Shown here in pieces: positions 20,327 through 32,495 of a stretch of DNA of 42,438 bases. The notes under the pieces are model-generated. The model saw only the letters and a list, made by a program, of their open reading frames with translations. It was not told the DNA's origin and made no database searches. Within the stretch, counting starts at the first letter, position 1; each line of letters opens with the position of its first letter. The position numbers were made by a program, and so were the translations under genes. This DNA comes from an uncultured Sangeribacter sp. (lineage in GTDB: Bacteria > Bacteroidota > Bacteroidia > Bacteroidales > Muribaculaceae), in NCBI GenBank assembly GCA_964618395.1, contig CAZUAK010000001.1, positions 11,856-54,293 of the forward strand, written 5' to 3'.

Positions 20327-21427
20327 ATGAAAAAGCCACTTTTATTGATGTCAGTCGCAGCCGTGACCGCCTTTGGACTGGCATCTTGTGCACAGGACGA
20401 GCCGCAGGCCGTCAGCGCACGTTCTAACTCAAGCAACGCCATCAGCTTCCGTCCTGCACTGGCAGGCCAGACAAGGGCCTCAGAAGTAAACAACAGCAAT
20501 CTTTCCGATATCTATGTCACGGGGTTCATGGCCGACTCCCTGTACTTCCACGACGTGGATTTCTCAAAGGGTACAGACGGATATTTCACCTCAGCCACCA
20601 CATACCGCTGGCCTGGCGACGAGACTGAGCTCAGTTTCTATTCTTATTCACCTTCTATGGATGAGCTCGGAGCCGACGTTACAATCAACGGCAAGGTTCT
20701 GAAACTTGAAAATTTCGTGACACCCGAGTCTATCGCCGACCAGGTTGACTTCATCACCGCCAACGCAACCGGCACAAAGAGCGCCAATGAGGCTGCCGGT
20801 GTACCCCTCACCTTCTCACACAGACTTGCTCAGGTTGAGGTCCGCGCGAAATCGAACAATGACGAACTCGTCTATGAGGTTGCCGGCGTGAGAATCGGTC
20901 GCCCGCAGACCACCGGTACTTTTGACTTCACAACCAATGAGTGGACCCTCGATGACTGGCACGAGACCTCCGTCTGGACAAGCTCCTGCACTCCTGTGAA
21001 ACTGACCGGCAACGCAGTTTCAATCATGGGTGACGCCGGCAACGGCATGTTTATCCCTCAGACCCTCACTCCTTGGTCACCGACAGGAGACCCTGACAAT
21101 GTAGCACGTGAGGCTTATCTGAGTGTACTCGTCAGAATCACCACTCCCGATGGCGTTCAGCTCTATCCGTTCCCTTCGGACAAGATGCTCGACTCAAACG
21201 GTCAGAAACGTAAGTATGCATGGGCTTCAATTCCGTTGTCCGGTACCTGGGAACAGGGCAAGAAATACATCTATACGCTTGACTTCACAGATGGTTCCGG
21301 TAACGTAGACCCGGATGATCCGGACCCCGGTAAGCCTGTCCTCGGAGATCCCATCAAGTTCACAGTCAATGTCGAGAACTGGGTTGACACTCCGGCCGCC
21401 ATTCCTATGACCGCAATCAAGAAATAA
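20327..21427 (+). CDS. fimbrillin family (type V pilin) lipoprotein
   Basis: Lipobox LASC; AISFR...QTRAS; YRWP; SFYSYSP; FSHRLAQV; WEQGKKYIYTLD; PIKFTVNVENW. Confidence 0.83.
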   Translation: MKKPLLLMSVAAVTAFGLASCAQDEPQAVSARSNSSNAISFRPALAGQTRASEVNNSNLSDIYVTGFMADSLYFHDVDFSKGTDGYFTSATTYRWPGDETELSFYSYSPSMDELGADVTINGKVLKLENFVTPESIADQVDFITANATGTKSANEAAGVPLTFSHRLAQVEVRAKSNNDELVYEVAGVRIGRPQTTGTFDFTTNEWTLDDWHETSVWTSSCTPVKLTGNAVSIMGDAGNGMFIPQTLTPWSPTGDPDNVAREAYLSVLVRITTPDGVQLYPFPSDKMLDSNGQKRKYAWASIPLSGTWEQGKKYIYTLDFTDGSGNVDPDDPDPGKPVLGDPIKFTVNVENWVDTPAAIPMTAIKK

Positions 21428-21469
21428 GTCACCTCCGTTAATTGAAAACACAGGAAAACAACCACTACA

Positions 21470-21506
21470 AAACGACCGTCTTTCCCAATGTGAATGACGG
21501 TCGTTT
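21470..21506. terminator. intrinsic terminator between convergent genes
   Basis: aaacgaccgtc / gacggtcgttt inverted repeat. Confidence 0.75.
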
Positions 21507-21555
21507 CGTTATAGTTCTCATCTAATATTCAGTTGGCGGAGTCGCATAAGTTGCT

Positions 21556-23109
21556 TTACTTCAGCTTTTGAATTATCCACTCCGTTAGACCCCGTTGCGG
21601 TTTTTTGTCTGAGAAGTTGGCACCTATAAGATAGATTGAACGAGAATCCATTGCATATCGGCCGGCATAATCTCGGTCCTTAATCTGCTCTATCGCCGCA
21701 TCAGCACTACCGCCATACTTGAACTCGAATAAATAAATATATCGTTTTGTCATCACTTCCAGGTCTGAACGCCCCTTGAGACTTTGCCGTTCTGGTTGTG
21801 CCTCTGTGTTCGAAAGAAGGCAAAGTATATAAACCAGGTTGCGATACGTGTTCTCATTATTTTTCTGATAAGGAAGGTTTTTCAACAAGGTCTGCAATCG
21901 TTTCATAAATCCTTCCGGGTCACCCATAACCAAACTTTTACGAAACTCGTTGACAGACAGGTTTCGCGAATCGGATTTCATTTGTGGAGCGTACAAAGGC
22001 AGAAGCTGACGGGCAAATCCTATTTCGACTTCCCGATTGGGAAAACGCAGAATGTATGTACGGAGCTCATCGTCAAAATAATCTATCGTGAGGTAGCCTG
22101 TCTGGAACATCAGTGCGACCGGATTCTGGGTTTCGGAACCGATGTACAACAGTTCTTCAGCTGTGCGCATCTCGCCGTTGAAATCCTTGAATTCAATTCC
22201 GTATTCCTTTACCCGTTTGGCGAGGAATGTTGGGGTACCGGTTGAAAACCAGTACGGCTCAATTTCCTGATTGTTCAATGCGAGAAGAACACTGAACGGA
22301 TTGTAGACCCGAAGCCCTTCTTTAGAGAAAAGATAACCGTCATAGAACTCACGCAGAGCGTTGACGGTCTCACCAAACCCCTCCTTTCTTGTTTGAGCCA
22401 AGTCACGGATGCCCTCCCTGAAGCTTATGGTCAGTTCATTTTCTGTCAGCCCGCATATATCGGCGTAACGATTTGTAAGGGAGATGTCATTGAGATTGTT
22501 CAGATCTGAAAAGATACTGACCTTGTTGAAACGTGCGACCCCGGTTAAAAAAGCAAACCGGATATACGTATCCATCGATTTGAGGTTTCCGAAGAACGCT
22601 TTGAGCAACGCCTGGTTTTTCTCAAACAATTCCCGGTTTTCTTCTACACCGAGAAGAGGTTTGTCATATTCATCCACCAAGATAGCCACGCGCCTTCGGG
22701 TCTGTTCATACATCCGTTTTATCAGCGTCCCGAACCTTATGGACAAAGTTGCGCCCTGTTCGGTAATTCCATATTTTTGTTCATAGGCCGATAGCTGACT
22801 GTCCAAGAGATTATCCAGCCCATTTTCTTGAATAAAGTTCTCTGAATTGAAATCGAAGTGTATCACGGGCGAGGGTTCCCAGTCCACATCAGCCCTATCT
22901 ATGTCAAGGCCTGAGAAAAGTTTACGCTTCCCGTCGAAATACGCATGGAGCGTAGACAAAAGAAGGCTCTTCCCAAACCGACGCGGACGGCTCAGAAAGT
23001 AATATCCTGGATTATTTATCAAGGATACGATAAACCGGGTCTTGTCTACATAGGTATAGCCTTCCTCCCTTATCTTTGGGAAAGACTGTATTCCAATTGG
23101 ATATTTCAT
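21556..23109 (-). CDS. AAA-ATPase-like protein with C-terminal PD-(D/E)XK nuclease domain
   Basis: YPIGIQSF; Walker A SRPRRFGKS; Walker B ILVDEYDKP; C-terminal GRSDL...YLFEFK. Confidence 0.9.
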   Translation of the reverse strand: MKYPIGIQSFPKIREEGYTYVDKTRFIVSLINNPGYYFLSRPRRFGKSLLLSTLHAYFDGKRKLFSGLDIDRADVDWEPSPVIHFDFNSENFIQENGLDNLLDSQLSAYEQKYGITEQGATLSIRFGTLIKRMYEQTRRRVAILVDEYDKPLLGVEENRELFEKNQALLKAFFGNLKSMDTYIRFAFLTGVARFNKVSIFSDLNNLNDISLTNRYADICGLTENELTISFREGIRDLAQTRKEGFGETVNALREFYDGYLFSKEGLRVYNPFSVLLALNNQEIEPYWFSTGTPTFLAKRVKEYGIEFKDFNGEMRTAEELLYIGSETQNPVALMFQTGYLTIDYFDDELRTYILRFPNREVEIGFARQLLPLYAPQMKSDSRNLSVNEFRKSLVMGDPEGFMKRLQTLLKNLPYQKNNENTYRNLVYILCLLSNTEAQPERQSLKGRSDLEVMTKRYIYLFEFKYGGSADAAIEQIKDRDYAGRYAMDSRSIYLIGANFSDKKPQRGLTEWIIQKLK

Positions 23110-23186
23110 TCAGTTGCGCTTTATTTTGCAAATATACAAAAAAAACGGCTCGTCACAAAGAACCGCGGAGGGATGAGGTAGGGGCA

Positions 23187-23257
23187 TAAAAAAATTGATT
23201 GTCGTCCCGACAATCAATCTTGCGTTAACCTTAAAATCTAATACCATGAAAAACTCG
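23187..23257 (-). ncRNA. candidate Bacteroidales small RNA
   Basis: TACTTTTG -7 element at 23268-23261; ~70-nt body (gagtttttcatggtattagattttaaggttaac); 11-bp terminator stem 23194-23218 followed by a U-tract; no substantial ORF. Confidence 0.65.
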
Positions 23258-23412
23258 ATGCAAAAGTAGAAAATATTTTTGAATTATGTTCTATAACATG
23301 ATTTAAAAATGGATTATTTAACTCTAATTAAGTAATATTTGCATTTGTTCACATTTATCAGAGTGAAAGCTTCCTTTTTCAAACTGAAAAGGGCTTCAGG
23401 TGTTGATAAAGT

Positions 23413-24210
23413 ATGGAACTACGAAGACAGAAACTGACACGATATATCTTGCCGCTACGCGAGGGCGGCTCACTCCCGGCCCTGGGAGAGGCTGACGACG
23501 GATTCCGCTATGCGGTCAAGATGCTCGGGGCCGGTCACGGAGCCAAGAGCCTCATCTCTGAACTTGTCGGAAGCCTCGTCGCGAAGGCGTTCAAGTTCAA
23601 AACGCCCGAGACGGTCCTTCTCGACCTCGATCACCTCTTCGGCATCACAGAGCCGGACGAGGAGGTTCAGGAACTTCTCCGTAAATCCGAGGGCCTCAAC
23701 CTCGGTCTCCATTTCCTCGACCGGGCGATGACATACGACCCTGCAGTCAATCTCGACGTAATCGATGAACTGACCGCCTCCAAAATCGTATGGATGGATG
23801 CGTTCCTGACCAATGTTGACCGCACTCGCCTGAATCCCAACATGATGATGTGGAATAACGAATTGTGGCTGATAGACCACGGGGCGTCACTCTATTTCCA
23901 CCACTCCTGGCGTCCGGTAGAGGAGGCTATAGCGGATCCGTTCCCGTTCATCAAGACGCACGCACTACTGCCTATGGCCTCACGGCTTGAGGAGGCTGAC
24001 AAACTCATGCGCCAGGCCATCACTCCGCGCACCCTCTCGAAGATTGTGGACCTCATCCCTGAGGAATGGCTGACTGAGCCTGAGTCGGAAATTTCACCAG
24101 AAGAGCGCCGCGAGACCTACAGAAGATTCCTGACCGGACGCCTGACCAATTCTCATTTATTCACTCAACGAGCCATTGAGGAACGTGCCAAACTCTTGAA
24201 CGCCAAATGA
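23413..24210 (+). CDS. HipA-like Ser/Thr kinase
   Basis: Gly loop LREGGSLP; YAVK; catalytic NVDRT..NPN; LIDHG. Confidence 0.82.
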   Translation: MELRRQKLTRYILPLREGGSLPALGEADDGFRYAVKMLGAGHGAKSLISELVGSLVAKAFKFKTPETVLLDLDHLFGITEPDEEVQELLRKSEGLNLGLHFLDRAMTYDPAVNLDVIDELTASKIVWMDAFLTNVDRTRLNPNMMMWNNELWLIDHGASLYFHHSWRPVEEAIADPFPFIKTHALLPMASRLEEADKLMRQAITPRTLSKIVDLIPEEWLTEPESEISPEERRETYRRFLTGRLTNSHLFTQRAIEERAKLLNAK

Positions 24211-24710
24211 AGAAGAATAACAAAAGGTCCGGTTGCTTGCCCGTAAAGGATACCAAAGCAGCGGGAGATAAGGCGCAGGTGGAAAAAACGGTGAAGTTGG
24301 TGACAGAGACCGGTTCCGGCTCTTCACTGCCCCCTGACAGGGACTTATACGAATATGCCGTGATTAGGTATGTTCCGCGTGTTGACCGTCAAGAGTCCAT
24401 CAATGTCGGATTGCTGATGATGTGCAAGCGGCGTCGTTGGCTCCGCGGCGCCATTCATATTGATGAGCAGCGTGTGAGGGTCTTCGACCCGAGGGTCAAC
24501 CTGCGAGTGTTGACAAACCAGCTGTCGCTCTTCGAGCGCTGCGACGTACCTTTCGCCGACGCACCCATAGAAGAGAAATACCGCTGGCTGACAGCGGCCA
24601 AAAGTGCCGTTATCCAACTCTCCCCTTCCCACCCCGGCCTGCTGACCGGCTCCGACGACACCCTCGAGGCCACTTTCGACCGCCTGTTAACTGACCTCGT
24701 CAAACCTTAG
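24207..24710 (+). CDS. DUF3037 family protein (HipA-like kinase partner)
   Basis: YEYAVIRYVPRVDRQESINVG; RWLTAAKSAVIQLSPSHPGL; ATGA overlap with the kinase gene. Confidence 0.82.
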   Translation: MKKNNKRSGCLPVKDTKAAGDKAQVEKTVKLVTETGSGSSLPPDRDLYEYAVIRYVPRVDRQESINVGLLMMCKRRRWLRGAIHIDEQRVRVFDPRVNLRVLTNQLSLFERCDVPFADAPIEEKYRWLTAAKSAVIQLSPSHPGLLTGSDDTLEATFDRLLTDLVKP

Positions 24711-24798
24711 CACCCCCCACTCTTCAAAAAGTGGGGTTTCAATCCAGCTCATCTGTATGGTTGCGTCCCAAAGTTTCTGAAGCTATACTACTGTAAAT

Positions 24799-25218
24799 TT
24801 ATAAGACTGAGGCAATACGACACTCTATTTGTCGCAATCCCTCTTTTATCTTATTTAATGTTTCTTTGCTTGGTTCCCATATTCCATATCGGAATAAATC
24901 GAGCTTAGATTTACGCAAGCCAATCATTTCAGCAAACGCAGCGACGTCTATGACGCCTATGGAATTAATCATTTTTGCTACAACATTGTCATAGTTCGGC
25001 TCTTTTTTATCCATAAAAGACGAAATATGTACATCCTCATCGATTGCATCCCAACGGATGCTTTGGCCGTCTGCCCATACGGAAAAGTCTTGTCTCTGCG
25101 CATTGGTAGCGTCCATGAGCAGAGGGAAGGCTTCGAGGGGCCGGCTGTATTCTAAACCATCCTCAGTTTTGACATATATTCTATTATCTGCAAACCAGAC
25201 CTTTTCGATCCTATCCAT
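24799..25218 (-). CDS. DUF2442 family putative antitoxin with C-terminal HTH-like region
   Basis: PLEAFPLL..AT..QR; IRWDAIDEDVHI; C-terminal VAAFAEMIGLRKSKL...EPSKETLNKI. Confidence 0.75.
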   Translation of the reverse strand: MDRIEKVWFADNRIYVKTEDGLEYSRPLEAFPLLMDATNAQRQDFSVWADGQSIRWDAIDEDVHISSFMDKKEPNYDNVVAKMINSIGVIDVAAFAEMIGLRKSKLDLFRYGIWEPSKETLNKIKEGLRQIECRIASVL

Positions 25219-25236
25219 AATTACTTATTTTTAGCA

Positions 25237-25473
25237 TTATCTCTCAAAGTAACTGTGCCACTCTGAGATAATTTCATCCTTATAGTTCTCCACAGTCTTT
25301 AAAGCCTTCTTTAAAATTTGTGGACCCACTCCATGATCATATATGATTTTTATTTCAGGAGTCACCTGTATTTTTGCAAGCTTACCTCCATAAGAGATAT
25401 GGACATGTATAGGCTTATGTTCATCAGAATAGAAGAAAAATCTAATTCCAAATATGATGAATAAAGTAGGCAT
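25237..25473 (-). CDS. DUF4160 family putative toxin (HicA-like fold)
   Basis: MPTLFIIFGIRFFFYSDEHKPIHVHI...EWHSYF; directly upstream of the DUF2442 gene. Start set at ATG 25473. Confidence 0.82.
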   Translation of the reverse strand: MPTLFIIFGIRFFFYSDEHKPIHVHISYGGKLAKIQVTPEIKIIYDHGVGPQILKKALKTVENYKDEIISEWHSYFER

Positions 25474-25527
25474 ATTTGATGGCATTAAACGTCATTCTCG
25501 AGATATGTATCGCCTCACTCGAGATTG

Positions 25528-25535
25528 CAAAGATA
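25528..25535 (-). promoter_or_regulatory. -7 promoter element (TATCTTTG) of the DUF4160-DUF2442 operon
   Basis: TAnnTTTG match about 55 nt upstream of the start. Confidence 0.6.
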
Positions 25536-25600
25536 CTCATTTTCTAAAAACCTTACAATATAAGATTCGTTTCTTGTTTCTTAAGATCACTCTCATCACC

Positions 25601-25655
25601 ACCCATAAACCAGACACGGCTGGCTCAGTGAGGCAGCCGTGTCTGGTTTATGGGT
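25601..25655. terminator. long perfect inverted repeat downstream of guaA (probable terminator or 3' stem)
   Basis: 22-bp arms acccataaaccagacacggctg / cagccgtgtctggtttatgggt. Confidence 0.6.
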
Positions 25656-25728
25656 AGCCTGTGTAAGGCTTGAGGCTTGTCGTTAGGTGGAGTTACGTGA
25701 CGGGGGCAGCGTGGCTGATCGCCCGGAC

Positions 25729-27255
25729 TCACTCCCACTCGATGGTTGCCGGTGGCTTGGAGGAGATGTCGTAGACTACTCGGTTGACGCCTCGGACCTT
25801 GTTGATGATTTCGTTGCTGACGTTGGCGAGGAACTCGTAGGGAAGGTGTACCCAGTCGGCGGTCATGCCGTCGGTCGAGATGACAGCACGCAACGCCACG
25901 CAGTTTTCATAGGTGCGCTCGTCGCCCATGACGCCTACGCTCTGAACCGGGAGCAGCATCACGCCGGCCTGCCATACCTTGTCATAAAGGCCTTCGCGAC
26001 GAAGTCCGTCGATGAAGATGCGGTCGGCCTCCTGAAGAATGCGTACCTTCTCAGGCGTAACGTCACCGAGAATGCGGATACCCAGACCCGGTCCGGGGAA
26101 GGGGTGACGCCCAAGAAGATTCGGATCCATATCCAGAGCCTTGCCGACACGACGAACCTCGTCCTTGAACAGCAGGCGCAGGGGTTCTACAATCTTCAGG
26201 TTCATCTTCTCGGGGAGTCCGCCAACATTGTGGTGAGACTTGATGGTGGCAGACGGTCCGTTGACCGAGACACTCTCTATCACGTCGGGATAGATTGTGC
26301 CCTGGCCCAACCAACGTGCCCCCTCGACCTTCTGAGCCTCGTCATTGAAGACCTCGACGAAGTCACGGCCGATTATCTTGCGCTTCCGCTCCGGCTCCTT
26401 AACGCCTGCGAGGTCTTTGTAGAAACGCTCCGAGGCATCGACGCCGCGGACGTTGAGGCCCATGTGACGGTAGGAGTCGAGGACCTCCTCAAACTCGTTC
26501 TTTCTCAGCAGGCCGTTGTTGACGAAGATACAGTGAAGGTTCGGGCCGATTGCGCGGTGAAGCAGCATAGCAGCCACAGAAGAGTCCACGCCGCCGGAGA
26601 GGCCGAGGATCACCTTATCGTCACCTATCTTCTCGCGCAGCTCCTTGACTGTAGACTCGATGAACGAGTCGGGGCTCCATGTGCCGGAGCAACCGCAGAT
26701 GCCCATCACGAAGTTGTGGAGCAGGCGCGGACCGTCGGTCGAGTGGAACACCTCGGGATGGAACTGGATTCCCCAGGTAGACTCACCCTCTATATGATAG
26801 GCGGCGCAGCGCACGTTGTCCGTGCTGGCTATGATTTTATATGTATCGGGTACAGAAGTGATGGTGTCACCGTGAGACATCCATACCTGGGTCGGCGAAG
26901 GGATGCCGAGCATCAGTGCATCTTCGGGCTCGACAACCGTCAGCATCGCCCGACCGTACTCACGGCTCGGGGCACCGTCCACGCGACCGCCATACTCGTT
27001 GGCGAGCAGTTGCGCACCATAGCAGACGCCGAGCAGCGGGAACTTCCCCTTGATGTGGGCGATGTCCGGTTTCGGTGCATTCTCATCACGCACCGAATAG
27101 GGAGAACCGGACAATATCACACCCTTCACCTCGGCGTCTATGGCCGGGATTTTGTTGAAAGGGTGGATCTCGCAATATACATTCAATTCACGCACTCGGC
27201 GTGCGATGAGCTGCGTATACTGCGAGCCGAAATCTATGATAAGTATTTTTTCCAT
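25729..27255 (-). CDS. guaA: GMP synthase (glutamine-hydrolysing)
   Basis: [14 protein letters not shown]; GVCYG; QFHPEV; SGGVDSS; KPPATIEWE. Start set at ATG 27255. Confidence 0.98.
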   Translation of the reverse strand: MEKILIIDFGSQYTQLIARRVRELNVYCEIHPFNKIPAIDAEVKGVILSGSPYSVRDENAPKPDIAHIKGKFPLLGVCYGAQLLANEYGGRVDGAPSREYGRAMLTVVEPEDALMLGIPSPTQVWMSHGDTITSVPDTYKIIASTDNVRCAAYHIEGESTWGIQFHPEVFHSTDGPRLLHNFVMGICGCSGTWSPDSFIESTVKELREKIGDDKVILGLSGGVDSSVAAMLLHRAIGPNLHCIFVNNGLLRKNEFEEVLDSYRHMGLNVRGVDASERFYKDLAGVKEPERKRKIIGRDFVEVFNDEAQKVEGARWLGQGTIYPDVIESVSVNGPSATIKSHHNVGGLPEKMNLKIVEPLRLLFKDEVRRVGKALDMDPNLLGRHPFPGPGLGIRILGDVTPEKVRILQEADRIFIDGLRREGLYDKVWQAGVMLLPVQSVGVMGDERTYENCVALRAVISTDGMTADWVHLPYEFLANVSNEIINKVRGVNRVVYDISSKPPATIEWE

Positions 27256-27389
27256 TTGCTTTGGGTTTGATGCTTTTTGGAGGCTGTCTCGAAAAACTCT
27301 AAAGTTCTTTCTTTGCCTCCGTGAGCTGAGGACGCTCAAAACTCCATTTTAAGACCCCGTTCCAAAAAATCAGGGTTTTGAACCGCGCC

Positions 27390-30182
<2,793 letters not shown>

Positions 30183-30183
<1 letters not shown>

Positions 30184-31481
30184 TACTCTTCGAGTTTATT
30201 GCGTTTGTAAATATAGTCCACGTTCTTCATGTAGTAGTCGAGGGTGAAGCAGGCCTCGAGTTCCTCGGGTGTGAGCATCGAGCTGACGGTCGGGTCTTCG
30301 GCGAGCAGCTCGGCGTAGGGACGGCCCTCGGCCATGGCGCGCATCGCGAGGGGCTGGACAGTGTCGTAAGCCTTCTCGCGCACGAAACCCTTCTCAATCA
30401 GCGCGTTCATCACGCGCTGGGCGAAGATGACGCCGTTGGTGCGATATATGTTGGCCTTCATATTGTCCTCGAAGACCACGAGATTCTCAAGGATTGACAT
30501 CATGCGGTTGAGCATGTAGTCGAGCAGGATGGTGGCGTCGGGCATGAGGATACGCTCGGTGGCCGAGTGGGAGATGTCGCGCTCGTGCCAGAGGGCCACG
30601 TTGTCATAAGTCGTCTGCATGTAACCTCTGAGGACGCGTGCGCAGCCACACATGTTTTCCGAACCGATGGGGTTGCGTTTGTGAGGCATGGCCGAAGAGC
30701 CTTTCTGACCTTTTCCGAACGACTCCTCGACCTCGTGGACCTCGGTGCGCTGGAGGTTGCGCACCTCGAGGGCCATCTGCTCGATGGTGGCACCGATGAG
30801 GGCGATGGTGGCCATGTAATAGGCGTGACGGTCACGCTGGATGACCTGGGTCGATATGTCGGCAGAGGCGATTCCGAGATGCTCGCAGACATAGTCCTGT
30901 ACAAAGGGAGGGATGTTGGCGAAGTTGCCGACCGCACCGCTTATCTTCCCGACCTCGACGCCGCGCGAGGCGTAGTCGAAGCGTTCGATGTTGCGGCGCA
31001 TCTCCTCGTGCCAGAGGACCCACTTCAGGCCGAAAGAGGTCACGTCGGCGTGTATGCCGTGGGTGCGTCCGATGCAGGGCGTGTACTTGAACCGCAATGC
31101 CTGGCGCTTGAGCATGTCGGAGAAGCGGCGGAGGTCATCCTTGATGATTTCGTTGGCCTGCTTGAAGATATAGCCGTTGGCGGTGTCGACAACGTCGGTT
31201 GAGGTCAGGCCGTAGTGTATCCATTTACGCTCGTCGCCGAGTGACTCGGAGACAGTGCGCGTGAAGGCCACGATATCGTGGCGCGTCTGCTGCTCTATCT
31301 CTTTTATACGATCAATGTTGAAGGTTGCCTTCTCGTTGAGTTTGACAATGTCTTCGGGAGGCACAACCCCGAGCTCTCTCCAGGCTTCGGCAGCCAGGAG
31401 TTCGACCTTGAGATAAGCGTTGAACTTGTTCTCTTCGGTCCATATCCGCCGCATGACATCGCGGCCGTATCTTTCTATCAT
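30183..31481 (-). CDS. purB: adenylosuccinate lyase
   Basis: HYGLTSTD; GRTHG; GSSAMPHKRNP; ERDISHS. Confidence 0.97.
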
Positions 31482-31577
31482 TGGGTGTAAGATTGTTTTT
31501 TAGAGTATGAATTGGGTATTACCCCTGCCGGCGTTTCTCTCGGCCGGCCCTGTTTTTTTCCCTTGCGGGTCTGTCGC

Positions 31578-32432
31578 TCAGGACCTCACGTGGGCGAGCC
31601 AGCACTCTACGGTGTTGAGCATCAGCCCCGCTATGGTCATCGGACCGACTCCGCCGGGAACCGGCGAGATTGCGAAAGTCTTATCCTTGACGTTGGCGAA
31701 GTCGACGTCTCCCAGAAGGTGTCCGGTCTCTTTGTCGACAGAAATGCCGACGTCTATGACCGTCGCCCCCTCCTTGACCATGTCGGCCTTGATGAGGTGA
31801 GGGCTGCCGGCGGCGACGACGAGTATGTCGGCCTCACGTGTGACAGACCCTAAGTCTCGGGTGGCGGTATGGGCGATGGTGACAGTGGCGTTGCGGTCCA
31901 TAAGCATCTTGGCCACGGGGTAGCCGACGAGCTTGCTGCGACCGACGACTACGGCCCTCGCCCCTTCTATCTTGACTCCGGCGGGGTCAAGCATGGCTAT
32001 GATTCCGCGCGGAGTGCAGGCACGCACTCCGGGCAGCCCCTGGGCCAGGCGGCCGGCGTTTGCCGGTGTCAGTCCGTCGACATCCTTGTCCGGTGAGATA
32101 TGTTCGATAATCTTTTGGGTGTCGATGTGCGGAGGCAGCGGGAGCTGGACAAGTATGCCGTCCACATCCGCGTCTGCATTCAGGCTCTCGACAAGTTCAA
32201 GCAATTCTTCATGAGCGATGTCGGCCGGTTTGTGGATGGTGGTCTGTTCGATTCCGACCTCGGCCGACGCCCTGGCTTTTGCGTTCACATACGTCGCGCT
32301 TGACTTATCGTCACCGACAAGGATCACGGCCAGACGGGGTGCCCGCACCCCCTCGGCTGTCAGTTCCGAGACGGTGGCCTTGAGATTTGTCTTTATCTGT
32401 CGGGCAAGTTCCTTGCCGTCGATTATCTTCAT
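31578..32432 (-). CDS. folD: methylenetetrahydrofolate dehydrogenase/cyclohydrolase
   Basis: GILVQLPLP; KDVDG; VGRSKLVG; SPVPGGVGPMT. Confidence 0.97.
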   Translation of the reverse strand: MKIIDGKELARQIKTNLKATVSELTAEGVRAPRLAVILVGDDKSSATYVNAKARASAEVGIEQTTIHKPADIAHEELLELVESLNADADVDGILVQLPLPPHIDTQKIIEHISPDKDVDGLTPANAGRLAQGLPGVRACTPRGIIAMLDPAGVKIEGARAVVVGRSKLVGYPVAKMLMDRNATVTIAHTATRDLGSVTREADILVVAAGSPHLIKADMVKEGATVIDVGISVDKETGHLLGDVDFANVKDKTFAISPVPGGVGPMTIAGLMLNTVECWLAHVRS

Positions 32433-32495
32433 ATCCTATCTGCTACTTAAAAATGTTCTGAGCCTTTCAGTCCCCGTTTCAAAAAAAACGGGAAC

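Noticed and set aside
21585-21596. ttagaccccgtt match to the dispersed element
   Set aside because: Lies inside the AAA-nuclease coding region and lacks the TCAAAAA continuation; may be chance.
25729-25745. guaA 3'-end att site duplication marking an integrated island
   Set aside because: No convincing second copy of the guaA terminal sequence and no integrase in the window.
25687-27270. 527-aa plus-strand ORF and many other long antisense ORFs over pur/gua, MATE, ispE and ribBA
   Set aside because: Mirror-frame ORFs expected from GC3-rich codon usage of well-supported genes on the other strand.
31527-31548. gccggc...gccggc hairpin between folD and purB as a terminator
   Set aside because: Short stem with no U-tract on the transcribed (minus) strand; insufficient support.
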